Origin: Verrucomicrobiota bacterium
Lineage (GTDB): Bacteria; Verrucomicrobiota; Verrucomicrobiia; Limisphaerales; VHCN01
Direction of reading: 5' to 3'
Assembly: GCA_016871675.1 (NCBI GenBank)
Contig: VHCN01000007.1
Span: 19,126-83,125 of the forward strand
DNA length: 64,000 nt
Under the pieces are notes generated by a model that did not search any database, was not told the DNA's origin, and worked only from the letters and a program-made list of their open reading frames with translations. The translations under genes were made by a program, and so were the position numbers. This document shows, piece after piece, positions 1-9,686 of this stretch (positions are counted from its first letter, which is position 1; every line of letters starts with the position of its first letter).

Positions 1-648
1 CTGTCGTTCGATGCGCCGGCGAGCGGGAGCGACAAGGAGTTCGACACTTACATCTCCGACCCGGCGCGGCCGGTGCCGTATCGCACGCGGCCCATCGAGC
101 CGACTTACGGCCCGGGCTCGCGCTGGAGCGAGTGGCTGCTCGAAAACCAGCGGCACGTCCACAACCGTCCCGACGTGATGAGCTACGTGAGCGACCCGCT
201 TGCAGAGGACACGGTCATCGCCGGCGAGGCCGTCGCGCACTTGTTTGCCGCGACGAGCGGCACGGACAGCGACTGGATCGTGAAGTTGATCGACGTGTTC
301 CCCGACGACCATCCGCGGCCCGAGATGCAGGGATATCAACTCATGGTGGCGAACGAAGTCTTCAGGGGGCGATTCCGCAAGAGCTTCGAGAAGCCCGAGC
401 CGCTGCGGCCAAACGTGCCGGCAGAATTCACGTGGAGCCTGCTCGCGCTGAACCACAGCTTTCAGAAAGGCCATCGCCTCATGGTGCAGGTGCAGAGCAC
501 GTGGTTCCCCCTGATTGACCGCAACCCGCAGAAATACGTGAAGAACATCTTCGAAGCGGACGAGAAAGATTTCACGCCCGCGACGCAGCGGATTTATCGC
601 TCACGAAAGCTGCCCTCGCACATCGCGGTGAGTGTGGAGGTGAAGTAG
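1..648 (+). CDS. CocE/NonD-family hydrolase (X-Pro dipeptidyl-peptidase type), C-terminal part; 5' end lies outside the window
   Basis: Frame 1 is open from base 1 (LSFDAPASGSDKEFDTYISDPARPVPYRT...) to TAG at 646-648. The segment YQLMVANEVFRGRFRKSF...HRLMVQVQSTWFPLIDRNPQ matches my memory of the PepX_C/CocE C-terminal beta-sandwich domain. Confidence 0.75.
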   Translation: MSFDAPASGSDKEFDTYISDPARPVPYRTRPIEPTYGPGSRWSEWLLENQRHVHNRPDVMSYVSDPLAEDTVIAGEAVAHLFAATSGTDSDWIVKLIDVFPDDHPRPEMQGYQLMVANEVFRGRFRKSFEKPEPLRPNVPAEFTWSLLALNHSFQKGHRLMVQVQSTWFPLIDRNPQKYVKNIFEADEKDFTPATQRIYRSRKLPSHIAVSVEVK

Positions 649-1212
649 AGCAACGCCGAAACTCCGCGGTGAAGCAGGAGTGGAATGCGGTTCGACCCGC
701 CCCAGGCCGTCGCACGCCTTTATAGAATCGGAGGCCGGCGCTTCCCGCGGAGGTGTCCTGAATCTCCACCGCGCCGTTGTTGAGGAGGATGCCGTTGGTC
801 ACGCGGCTCCACGGGCCGGCGTGGGCGCTTGGGGAAGCGGCCCACCAAGCTTCAAGTTGCGCGCGCCGTTCACGTGGAGCACCTGCACGGAGACGACCGC
901 GCGCGGATGCTGCCAGGGTGATCGCGCACCCGGCGCGGAGTTGAAGAGTTTCATGAGCCGTGCTGGTCGGGGTGGAGCTTCGGTGTGATCCAGCGAGGCA
1001 AGCTGCAGGCAAATGCCGCGTGAGGCCGCGACACACGGCCTCAAAAACACTACCGGCACGACGTGGAACGCGCGCCATGAGCTGCCGGCGACCGGAGACC
1101 GTTCATCGCATCGCTACGGCCAGCTTCGCAGGCTGGGTTTTCAGCCTCCCCTTTCGCGGCGGCAGTGCCTTGGGTGCAACCCGTGCAAGCGACGAGTGTT
1201 TGACGTGTCCGC

Positions 1213-2727
1213 ATGAATCCTTCAACCTCCCGGCCCATGCAACTCCGAGACCTGCTGGCGACGGCGGTGCTTTGCCTGCCAATCGGCGCGGCGGCGCAGA
1301 CGAGTGCCAACGTGCGTCCGCTTTCGCTCGACCAGTGCATCGAGCAGGCTCTTCAGAAGAACCTGAGCATCCAGATCGACCGCATCGGGCCGGAGATCGC
1401 GACCTTCAACCTCGAAAGCTCTCTGGGCTCGACCTACGACCCGGTGGCGAGCTTCAGCCTCAGCGAGCGCTTCAGTTCCAGTCCCGGCCGTGTCGATGCC
1501 GCGACGGCGCTGCGCAGCCCGCCGAGCGAGAATTACACCGACATCTGGACGCCGAGCATCCGTGGCACGCTCCCGAGCGGCACCGTGCTGACGCTTTCCG
1601 GCAACCTCACGCGCTCCAGCGGCACGAGTTTTCCGCTGGGCTTCCAATACGTGGACAGCGCGTCCCTCTCGCTCACGCAGCCGTTGCTCAAGAATTCGTG
1701 GATCGATGCCAACCGGCTGAACATCCGGCTCAACCGGAAGAACATCACGATCTCCGAGCTGTCGTTGCGGTTGACGCTGATCAGCACCGTCAACGCCGTG
1801 CAGCAGGCCTACTACGACCTCACCTTCGCGGTCGAGAACATCAAGGTGCAGGAGGCGTCGCTTGCGCTCGCGGAGAAACTGCTTGCCGAAAACAAGAAGC
1901 GCGTGGAACTCGGCGCCATGGCCCCGCTCGACGAGAAACAGGCCGAGTCGCAGGTGGCCGCGCGCAAGGCGGACCTGCTCACCGCGTTGCGCGAGGTGGA
2001 CGCGACGCAGAACCGGCTTCGCAACCTGCTCACGGATGACTACCCGGCGTGGAGCAGCGTGCGCATCCAGCCCACCGACACCCTGATGGCCCTGCCGCAG
2101 ACATTCAATGTGCTGGAGAGCTGGCAATCCGGGATGGCCAACCGGCCCGAGGTGCTCCAGGCGCGGCTGGACGTCGAGAAGCAGAACATTTCGCTGAGCT
2201 ACAGTTACAACCAGTTGTTTCCCTCGCTCGACCTCACCGCGAGCTACGGGCACAACGGCGTCGGTCCGACGCTCTCCGGCGCGCTCAACGACATTCAGGG
2301 CGGCATGTTCCAGTCCTATTCCTACGGGGTCGTGCTCAGCTTCCCGCTCAGCAATCGAGATGCAAAGAGCCGCTACGCATCGGGAAAGGCGAACGTGGCG
2401 CAATCGCTGCTTCGCCTGAAAAAGCAGGAGCAGGACGTGGTCGTGCAGATTGACGACGCCGTGAAGTCCGCGCAAACGAGCTACGACAAGATCGACGCCA
2501 CACGCCTTGCGCGCGTGTATGCGGAGATCGCGCTCGAGGCCGAGCAAAAGAAACTCGAGAGCGGCAAGAGCACGAGCTTCGTCGTTCTCCAACTCCAGCG
2601 CGACCTCACCGCCGCGCGTTCGGCCGAAATCCGCGCGCAGGCGGACTACAACAAGGCGGTTGCCGCTTTGCGACAGGCCGAGGGCACCACGCTCTCGAAG
2701 GCGAAAATCAAGGTGGGCGCAAAGTAG
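1213..2727 (+). CDS. TolC-family outer membrane efflux protein
   Basis: 504-aa ORF with an N-terminal signal peptide (...LCLPIGAAAQ). It opens with LSLDQCIEQALQKNLSIQ and has the long two-repeat coiled/beta architecture typical of OEP/TolC proteins. No adjacent membrane-fusion or RND gene is present in the window. Confidence 0.8.
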   Translation: MNPSTSRPMQLRDLLATAVLCLPIGAAAQTSANVRPLSLDQCIEQALQKNLSIQIDRIGPEIATFNLESSLGSTYDPVASFSLSERFSSSPGRVDAATALRSPPSENYTDIWTPSIRGTLPSGTVLTLSGNLTRSSGTSFPLGFQYVDSASLSLTQPLLKNSWIDANRLNIRLNRKNITISELSLRLTLISTVNAVQQAYYDLTFAVENIKVQEASLALAEKLLAENKKRVELGAMAPLDEKQAESQVAARKADLLTALREVDATQNRLRNLLTDDYPAWSSVRIQPTDTLMALPQTFNVLESWQSGMANRPEVLQARLDVEKQNISLSYSYNQLFPSLDLTASYGHNGVGPTLSGALNDIQGGMFQSYSYGVVLSFPLSNRDAKSRYASGKANVAQSLLRLKKQEQDVVVQIDDAVKSAQTSYDKIDATRLARVYAEIALEAEQKKLESGKSTSFVVLQLQRDLTAARSAEIRAQADYNKAVAALRQAEGTTLSKAKIKVGAK

Positions 2728-2746
2728 TTTCTGGCGGTTGAACCGC

Positions 2747-3205
2747 TCAGCGGAACGCACGGAAGTCTCCGATCAACTCCGTTCGCATTTCGGCCTCCAC
2801 GTCGGGTTTCATCGGAAGATACTTCCCAGTAGCACTCGCCAGCAGCGCGCCCGACTCATCGCGAACTTCGCCCCGGGCTTCGAACAGCCGGCCACGCCCA
2901 TCCGACACGAGTTCGGCGGTTGCAACCACGGGCTTACCCGGTTGCGCCGTCGCCGAGAAACGCACAGTCATCTCGGCACAGTAGGCGAAGCGTTTCGTCT
3001 GCACACCGCACGCCCACACCATGATTTCGTCGAGCAGCGTCGCGAGGATGCCGCCGTGGACCGTCTGCTTGAACCCGATGTGCTCCGCGCGCGGCGTGAA
3101 CTGCGTGCGCACCACGCGCCCATCCGTCTCGAACTTCAGCCCGAGCCCAAGCGGATTCGCCTCGCCGCAGACGAAGCATGAGAGCGTGTGAGGGAGTGTT
3201 TGCAT
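2747..3205 (-). CDS. PaaI-family (hotdog fold) thioesterase
   Basis: 152 aa. It has the N-terminal CFVCG motif, then HGGILATLLDEIM and a C-terminal GxxxxxGxLLAxATG pattern typical of PaaI/4HBT hotdog thioesterases. Confidence 0.75.
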   Translation of the reverse strand: MQTLPHTLSCFVCGEANPLGLGLKFETDGRVVRTQFTPRAEHIGFKQTVHGGILATLLDEIMVWACGVQTKRFAYCAEMTVRFSATAQPGKPVVATAELVSDGRGRLFEARGEVRDESGALLASATGKYLPMKPDVEAEMRTELIGDFRAFR

Positions 3206-3304
3206 CGCGCAGGTTGCTGCGCGGCCGGTTCGAGAGTCGAGATTGAAGTGGCACCGCCGTTCGCTTCGAGCCGATGCTTGATACGGCCCGCCGCCGACTT
3301 CTGC

Positions 3305-4216
3305 TTACTTCCCGGCTTTGGAGCGGGAGGAAGAATCACCGCTTCCCGTCAACGGGTTCTCGATGCCTTCGCGTCTCGCAACCTCGGGCGCAATGCCCCA
3401 CAGCGCGGTCGCAGATGCCACTCGGACGACTTCTTCGCTGGAACGAACGGTCTTGAGCAACTCAGGGGTTGCGGGCGCTGCGAGCGGCCCAAAGTCGCGC
3501 AGTCCCGTGATGGCACCGATCCGGACGTCTGTCGTCGCGTGATCGAGCAACCGCAGAAGGGCTGGAACGACGCGGTCGGCATCTGCGCCGATTTTCCCGA
3601 GCGCGCCCGCTGCGGCGATGATGGTGGGAGCGTTAGTGGATCCCAATGCGTTCAACAAAACTGGAAGGGCGGGCGCGTCCGAAGGCCGGAGCGACAGGAT
3701 CGCGCTCGAAGCGGCCGCCCGGATGCGAGGTTGATCCGATGACACTGCTTGCACGACAGCCGTGACACCGTCGGGGCCCAGGCGCACCATCGCCATCGAG
3801 GCCACGGGCGCGTTTTCGGGAGATGCGAGCACGGGCAAGAGCAACGGGAGTGCAGCCGACGCGTTCGTCCCGAGCGCGCTGAAGGCGCCAACAGCGTAGG
3901 ACCTTCGTGTGGCGGGGAGAGTGTCCGCCAAACTTGGGAGAGAGTGAGGAGCCAGATTGTTGGGTGTTTTTGTCGGACCCGGAACCGCTCCGGCCTTGGA
4001 TTCGAGGAGGGCGACAAGTGTTGGAAATGCGTTTGTGCCCGAACGACGCAGTTGGTCAAGCGCACGATTCTTCCGCAGCTCATCAGTGGAATTCAGATCC
4101 TTGAGAATCTCACCGATGGGCCTTCCCTCCAGGCTCAGTTCGCTTTGGCTCGGACGGCAGGCGGCGAGGCAGAGGAGAAGCGAGAGGAGCGAAAGAGGTA
4201 GCCGGCGCATGTTCAT
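3305..4216 (-). CDS. HEAT-repeat lipoprotein
   Basis: Signal peptide with lipobox (MNMRRLPLSLLSLLLCLAAC). Repeated A/L-rich helical pairs follow (ALPLLLPVLASPE..., VPALLRLLDHATTDVRIGAITGL..., ELLKTVRSSEEVVRVASATAL) as in HEAT/PBS-lyase repeats. The start could be 4234, 4216 or 4210. Confidence 0.65.
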   Translation of the reverse strand: MNMRRLPLSLLSLLLCLAACRPSQSELSLEGRPIGEILKDLNSTDELRKNRALDQLRRSGTNAFPTLVALLESKAGAVPGPTKTPNNLAPHSLPSLADTLPATRRSYAVGAFSALGTNASAALPLLLPVLASPENAPVASMAMVRLGPDGVTAVVQAVSSDQPRIRAAASSAILSLRPSDAPALPVLLNALGSTNAPTIIAAAGALGKIGADADRVVPALLRLLDHATTDVRIGAITGLRDFGPLAAPATPELLKTVRSSEEVVRVASATALWGIAPEVARREGIENPLTGSGDSSSRSKAGK

Positions 4217-4285
4217 GGGGCGTGCGCAAGTCACACCACTTGCGTGAAACTGTCAACTCGGCACGCGGTTCGGCGGGGCAGGGGA

Positions 4286-5269
4286 CTAATCACCGGGGAG
4301 CACGGTCCACATCCCGCTCTGGTTGGTGATGTTCTGGTTGATCCGGCCCAGAGTCTCCTCGCGTTTGAGAATCTGCACATGGCCGTCGAGGAACATGTAG
4401 TTGAAGCGGCCATTGTGATACCGGTAGAACTCGGCATCACGTGCGGTGGGGAAGACGTTTTGAAAGCTCGAGTTCGAAGTCTCGCACGGACTGTTTGCGT
4501 AGCCATCACCAACGATGTTGGAGTTCTGGATTCGTTCGGTCAGGGCAATCGTGCCGCTCTGGTCCCCAAGCGTGGACAAGCGAAAGTTTTCCACGCCCTG
4601 CGGGTTGGCGCCTGCGTTTGCTGGCGTGGTCGTTGGCCAGTTGATTCCAGGCCGCAAGATCGTCGCCCCAAATGTGTTGTCCCAATTCAGGCCGATGCCG
4701 CACGGATTGCCCGGGCCGGGAGGCCAGTCGGCGGCTTGCGGACCTACGCCGTTGAAAATCCACGCCTGCATTCGGTGCTTCGGCATTGTGTAGCTTCGGC
4801 GCGCAGGAACGGCGGGGTCCGTGGCGAAAACCGCGATGACCTCGACTTTGTCCGTCGGGCATCGCAGCATTTTGGGCACCTTGCGACCCGGGGTAAACTC
4901 GTCGTTGAATTCTAGCGTCGTCATGTCCACCGCAAGGTAGCGAGCGATAAGGTCGTCCCAAGTCCATTCCGAATAGCCCTTGGGATGCCCACCGACGAGT
5001 GCAAGCGAGGAATAGGGAAACTTGTCATCCATGTCGCTGACGTAAAGGTGTATGGCCAGGCCCATCTGCCGCAAGTTTCCCTGACAGACGGCGGCTTGCC
5101 CCTTGGCCTTGGCCTTGGCCAGCGCCGGCAGCAGCATCCCCGCCAGAATTGCTATGATCGCAATGACGACGAGGAGTTCGATGAGGGTGAACCCGTCCCG
5201 ACGAACGGATTCCATTCTCGGATTGGAGGTCATGGTGTCGTTCATTGGAGAATCGTGGATTGTGAGCAC
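4286..5269 (-). CDS. DUF1559 / prepilin-type N-terminal cleavage-methylation domain protein (H-X9-DG pseudopilin-like)
   Basis: Contains G|[28 protein letters not shown] (class III signal/pilin helix) and a C-terminal [15 protein letters not shown] motif. It is a full-length paralogue of 33795..34775. The start is ambiguous: GTG at 5269, or ATGs at 5245, 5233 or 5215. Confidence 0.85.
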   Translation of the reverse strand: MLTIHDSPMNDTMTSNPRMESVRRDGFTLIELLVVIAIIAILAGMLLPALAKAKAKGQAAVCQGNLRQMGLAIHLYVSDMDDKFPYSSLALVGGHPKGYSEWTWDDLIARYLAVDMTTLEFNDEFTPGRKVPKMLRCPTDKVEVIAVFATDPAVPARRSYTMPKHRMQAWIFNGVGPQAADWPPGPGNPCGIGLNWDNTFGATILRPGINWPTTTPANAGANPQGVENFRLSTLGDQSGTIALTERIQNSNIVGDGYANSPCETSNSSFQNVFPTARDAEFYRYHNGRFNYMFLDGHVQILKREETLGRINQNITNQSGMWTVLPGD

Positions 5270-5286
5270 TGGTCTGGATGCAATCG

Positions 5287-5841
5287 CTATTGTTTCGAAA
5301 GCTTCACTTCCTTCGTGTTTTCATCGATGACGTATTGATAACCCGCAGGCGGCGGAGGGACGCTGCGGACGAGTCCGGCAGCCGCGAGGGCGTTGATGGA
5401 GTCGGGCAACAACCCAAACTTCTGCTGAAACGCCTCCACAGCACGTGTCAGTGCTGGCAAGTCAATGGGCTGTTGGGGCGCGGGAGCCTTGCGTGGCTGG
5501 CTCGAACTCGACGATGGGGCGCTACCGCCATCGCCCCCTCCCCGGCCTCGAGGGGCCGCATTCGGACTATCGCTCACCGGTTTCGGTTGCGATGCGCCCA
5601 AAGAAGTTGGCGGCGGGACGTAGGTGAGTGTCTTGTTTCCCTTTGGTTCCTTCGGCGTGGAAGACTGCGTGGGCACCGCCTCCGGTTGGCTCGAAGGTGC
5701 CGCCGAGGTCACGGCGGACGCTGGTGGAGCCGCAAGCGCAGGCTTTGCCGCCAGTTCAGGAGCCGGCGCAGGAGCCGGCGGCTTCCGGCACGAAATTGAC
5801 ACGGCGCAACCAAGCGAACAAATGAAGGCTGCAATGCGCAT
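5287..5841 (-). CDS. Pro/Ala-rich secreted protein (probable lipoprotein) with conserved C-terminal LP..I..L...GL..SVP..P.G....ID...KEV.L motif
   Basis: 184 aa. Hydrophobic N-terminus with Cys residues ([18 protein letters not shown]), a long P/A/S-rich linker, and a C-terminal ~50 aa homologous to the C-terminus of 33265..33777. It sits directly upstream of the DUF1559 gene, as in the second locus. Confidence 0.65.
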   Translation of the reverse strand: MRIAAFICSLGCAVSISCRKPPAPAPAPELAAKPALAAPPASAVTSAAPSSQPEAVPTQSSTPKEPKGNKTLTYVPPPTSLGASQPKPVSDSPNAAPRGRGGGDGGSAPSSSSSQPRKAPAPQQPIDLPALTRAVEAFQQKFGLLPDSINALAAAGLVRSVPPPPAGYQYVIDENTKEVKLSKQ

Positions 5842-5863
5842 CGAATAATGGGTTGGTTGACCG

Positions 5864-5893
5864 ATTACTACTAAGGGAGGTTCCTCGGGTCAA
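5864..5893 (-). promoter_or_regulatory. Candidate sigma70-type promoter for the 5841->3305 gene string
   Basis: On the minus strand: TTGACC (5893-5888), a 17-nt spacer, then TAGTAAT (5870-5864), about 20 nt upstream of the ATG at 5841, in a locally AT-rich patch. Pattern match only. Confidence 0.3.
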
Positions 5894-6131
5894 ACTCATT
5901 CCTTCAGTGCAAGCGAATTCGCGCCGCTGCGGCCAAGGCACAAGCGCGCGTAGGGCAGCGGCTTCCTTCGCCGATGTTCGGCGCGCGGCGCAGCCGAGTC
6001 GAGACCGGTGCCCTGCGCGAGGATGGACGCGCGCGCTGCCCGGGATTGACGCGTGGAGGGATCCTGCCACGAGTCGGCCGGTGAATCGACCGCCGCACCC
6101 GCGGGCTGCGCGAATCCGCGACGACTTCTCT

Positions 6132-6159
6132 TTGCATCCCGCGCACCCTGTTCTATAAC
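6132..6159 (+). promoter_or_regulatory. Candidate sigma70-type promoter for pyc
   Basis: TTGCAT (6132-6137), a 16-nt spacer, then TATAAC (6154-6159), 12 nt upstream of the pyc ATG at 6172. Pattern match only. Confidence 0.3.
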
Positions 6160-6171
6160 CCTCCGGCCAAC

Positions 6172-9100
6172 ATGAGTTCCGGCAGACCTGTCACCGAAGC
6201 TGCGGCCCTCGCCGCGACCGCGTTCACGCCGCCGCGGCCCAGGAAGCTTCTCGTCGCCAACCGCAGCGAGATCGCCATCCGCATTTTCCGCGCCGCCACG
6301 GAGCTCGGCTTGCAGACGGTCGCCATCTATGCGCAGGAAGACCGTCTCGGCATCCATCGCTTCAAGGCGGACGAAGCCTACCAGGTCGGCGCGGGCAAGG
6401 GCCCCGTCGGCGCGTATCTCGACATCGAGGGCATCGTCGCGCTCGCCAAGGAACGCGGCGTGGACCTCATCCATCCCGGTTACGGGTTCCTCTCCGAGAA
6501 CGCGGACTTCGCCGACGCGTGCGCGAAGGCTGGCATCACCTTCGTCGGACCGCGGCCCGAGTTGCTCCGGCTCATGGGCGACAAGACGGCCGCGCGCGGG
6601 CTCGCCAAGACAATCGGCGTGCCCACGTTGCCGGGCACCGAGGAGCCGGTCGAGGACCGCGACGAGGCGCTGCGCATCGCGAAGGAGATCGGCTTCCCGC
6701 TCATCATCAAAGCCGCGTTCGGCGGCGGCGGGCGCGGGATGCGCGTGGTGCACAAGGCCGCCGACCTCGCGGACCTGCTCGACGAGGCGCGCGGCGAAGC
6801 GGGCCGCGCGTTCGGCAATCCCGCCGTCTTCCTCGAGAGATACATCCCGCGCGCCAAGCACATCGAGGTGCAGATCCTCGGCGACCGCCACGGCAACGTG
6901 CTCCACCTCCACGAGCGCGACTGCTCCGTGCAGCGCCGTCACCAAAAGGTCGTCGAGATCGCGCCGAGCATCGGGCTCGATGATCATGTGCGCCGCGAGT
7001 TGTGCCTCGCCGCCGTCCGCATGGCGAAGGAAGTCCGCTACGACAACGCGGGCACCATCGAGTTCCTGTTCGACCTCGACCGCAACGAATGGTTCTTCAT
7101 CGAGATGAACCCGCGCATCCAGGTCGAGCACACGGTCACCGAGGTCATCACGGGCATTGACCTCGTGCGTTCGCAGATTCTCGTCGCTCAAAACCACGCG
7201 CTGCACGGCACAGAACTCGACCTCCCGCCACAGGAGGACGTGCCGCGGATGGGCTTCGCCGTGCAATGCCGCGTCACGACCGAGGACCCGGAGAACAAGT
7301 TCACGCCCGACTACGGCAAGATTCTCACCTATCGGTCGGCGGCGGGCTTCGGCATCCGTCTCGACGGGGGCATGGGCGACTCGGGCAGCCTCATCACGCC
7401 GTTCTACGATTCGCTGCTCGTGAAGATCACCGCCTCGGGGCGCTCGTTCCCGATCGCGTTGCAGCGCATGGACCGCGCGCTGCGCGAGTTCCGCATCCGC
7501 GGCGTCAAGACCAACATCCCGTTCCTCGAAAACGTCATCGCGAACGACGCCTTCCGCACCGGCGCCGCGACGACCGCGCTGCTGGACACCACGCCCGCGC
7601 TGTTCACGTTCAAGGTCCGCCGCGACCGCGCCACGCGCCTGCTCAACTTCCTCGGCAACGTCATCGTCAACGGCAACCCGCACGCGAAAGGCTGCAAGCC
7701 CGGCGGCCCGCTGCCCGCCGCGCGGCCGCCAGAGTGGGACCACAAGCAGCCGCCACCCGACGGCACGCGCGACCTGTTGCGCAAGCTCGGCGCGCGGAAG
7801 TTCGCCGAGTGGACGCGCGAGCAGAAGCGCCTGCTCGTCACCGACACCACGTTCCGCGACGCGCACCAGTCGCTGCTCGCCACGCGCGTGCGCAGCTTCG
7901 ACATGCTCGCCGCCTCGGACGCCATCGCGCGGCGCACGCCGGGATTGTTTTCGCTGGAGATGTGGGGCGGCGCGACGTTCGACACCGCGATGCGCTTCCT
8001 GCACGAGGACCCATGGGAGCGCCTGCGCCAGTTGCGCGCGCGCATCCCGAACATCTGCTTCCAGATGCTCTTCCGCGGCAGCAACGCCGTCGGCTACTCG
8101 AACTATCCCGACAACGTCGTCGCCGGTTTCGTGAAGCACGCGGCCGCATCCGGCATTGATATCTTCCGCATCTTCGACTCGCTCAACTACACGCCCAACC
8201 TCCGGGTCGCGATGGAGGCCGTACAGGAAACGCACGCCGTCTGCGAAGCCGCCGTCTGCTACACCGGCGACATCCTCGACCCCAGGCGCGACAAGTATCC
8301 GCTCAAGTATTACGTCAACCTCGCGCGCGAACTCGGGAAGATGGGGGCGCACATCATCGCCATCAAGGACATGGCGGGACTCTGCCGGCCTTACGCCGCC
8401 TACAAACTGGTCAAGGCGCTCCGCGAGGAAGTCGCGCTGCCCGTGCACTTCCACACGCACGACACCAGCGGCATCAACTCCGCGTCCATCCTGCGCGCGA
8501 GCGACGCGGGCGTGGACGTGGTGGACCTCGCGCTCGCCTCGATGAGCGGCAGCACGAGCCAGCCCAACTTGAACTCCACCGTCGCCGCGCTCCAGCGCAC
8601 GCCGCGCGACACCCGGATCGACCTCGCCGCGCTCAACGAGTTCTCCGACTACTGGGACGAAGTGCGCGAGTTCTACAAACCCTTCGACACCGCGCCCCGC
8701 AGCGGCAGCGCCGAGGTGTATCTGCACGAGATGCCCGGCGGCCAATACACCAACCTCAAGGAACAGGCCGCGAGCATGGGCCTCGCGCACCGCTGGCACG
8801 AAATCGCCCGCACCTACGCCGAGGTCAACCAGCTCTTCGGCGACATCGTCAAGGTCACCCCCTCCTCCAAGGTCGTCGGCGACATGACCATGTTCCTCAT
8901 CACCCGCGGCATCAAGCCCGCCGACGTGGTGAACCTCGAGCCCGGCTCCGTGCCGTTCCCGGCCAGCGTGATAGACATGATGCACGGCGGCCTCGGCCAG
9001 CCGATGGGCGGATGGCCCGAGCGCGTGCAGAAGGTCGTCCTCGGCAACAAACGCCCCCTTCACGGCCGCCCCGGCGAAGACCTCGCCCCGCTGAACTTGA

Positions 9101-9675
9101 AGAAGACCCGCGACGAACTCGGCGCAAAGCTCAAGCGCGACGCCACCGACGACGACCTTTACTCCCACCTCATGTATCCCGAAGTCTTCGCCGACTTCGC
9201 GAAAATCCAGCGCGACTACGGCGACGTGGGCCTCCTTCCCACGCCCGCCTTCTTCTACGGCCTCAAGCCCGGCGAGGAAGTCTCCGTGAACATCGAGCAG
9301 GGCAAGACCCTTTTCATCAAGCTCATCAACATCGGCGGGCCGGACAAGGACGGCACGCGCACGCTGACCTTCGAGCTCAACGGCATCTCGCGCGAGGCGG
9401 CCATCGCCGACAAGGCGGTGCAGCCCAAGGCCAAGGCCCGCGTGAAGGCCGACCCCGCCGACCCGCTGCACGTCGGCGCGCCCATGCCCGGCGTCATCAC
9501 CTCGCTCGCCGTCGGCGTCGGCGCGAAGGTGGCGAAGGGCGACAAGCTGCTCACCCTCGAGGCGATGAAAATGCAGACCACCCTCTACGCCAACGCCGGC
9601 GGCGTGGTGGAAGAAATCGCCGCCCAAGTCGGCGACACCGTGGAGAGCAAGGACCTGCTCGTGCGGCTGCGGTAA
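6172..9675 (+). CDS. pyc: Pyruvate carboxylase (single-chain, biotin-dependent)
   Basis: 1167 aa with three recognisable parts: a biotin carboxylase N-terminus (LLVANRSEIAIRIFRAATELG, ATP-grasp GGGGRGMR), a carboxyltransferase TIM-barrel middle (FRDAHQSL, HFHTHDTSG), and a C-terminal biotinyl domain with EAMKMQT. Confidence 0.97.
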   Translation: MSSGRPVTEAAALAATAFTPPRPRKLLVANRSEIAIRIFRAATELGLQTVAIYAQEDRLGIHRFKADEAYQVGAGKGPVGAYLDIEGIVALAKERGVDLIHPGYGFLSENADFADACAKAGITFVGPRPELLRLMGDKTAARGLAKTIGVPTLPGTEEPVEDRDEALRIAKEIGFPLIIKAAFGGGGRGMRVVHKAADLADLLDEARGEAGRAFGNPAVFLERYIPRAKHIEVQILGDRHGNVLHLHERDCSVQRRHQKVVEIAPSIGLDDHVRRELCLAAVRMAKEVRYDNAGTIEFLFDLDRNEWFFIEMNPRIQVEHTVTEVITGIDLVRSQILVAQNHALHGTELDLPPQEDVPRMGFAVQCRVTTEDPENKFTPDYGKILTYRSAAGFGIRLDGGMGDSGSLITPFYDSLLVKITASGRSFPIALQRMDRALREFRIRGVKTNIPFLENVIANDAFRTGAATTALLDTTPALFTFKVRRDRATRLLNFLGNVIVNGNPHAKGCKPGGPLPAARPPEWDHKQPPPDGTRDLLRKLGARKFAEWTREQKRLLVTDTTFRDAHQSLLATRVRSFDMLAASDAIARRTPGLFSLEMWGGATFDTAMRFLHEDPWERLRQLRARIPNICFQMLFRGSNAVGYSNYPDNVVAGFVKHAAASGIDIFRIFDSLNYTPNLRVAMEAVQETHAVCEAAVCYTGDILDPRRDKYPLKYYVNLARELGKMGAHIIAIKDMAGLCRPYAAYKLVKALREEVALPVHFHTHDTSGINSASILRASDAGVDVVDLALASMSGSTSQPNLNSTVAALQRTPRDTRIDLAALNEFSDYWDEVREFYKPFDTAPRSGSAEVYLHEMPGGQYTNLKEQAASMGLAHRWHEIARTYAEVNQLFGDIVKVTPSSKVVGDMTMFLITRGIKPADVVNLEPGSVPFPASVIDMMHGGLGQPMGGWPERVQKVVLGNKRPLHGRPGEDLAPLNLKKTRDELGAKLKRDATDDDLYSHLMYPEVFADFAKIQRDYGDVGLLPTPAFFYGLKPGEEVSVNIEQGKTLFIKLINIGGPDKDGTRTLTFELNGISREAAIADKAVQPKAKARVKADPADPLHVGAPMPGVITSLAVGVGAKVAKGDKLLTLEAMKMQTTLYANAGGVVEEIAAQVGDTVESKDLLVRLR

Positions 9676-9686
9676 TCTCCGCTCCT

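Noticed and set aside
5896-9627. 1243-aa ORF on the minus strand, among the longest in the track
   Set aside because: It is exactly antisense to pyruvate carboxylase. The product is Arg/Gly/Ala/Val-rich with no motifs. It is a typical high-GC shadow ORF, since stop codons are rare on the antisense strand of GC3-rich genes.
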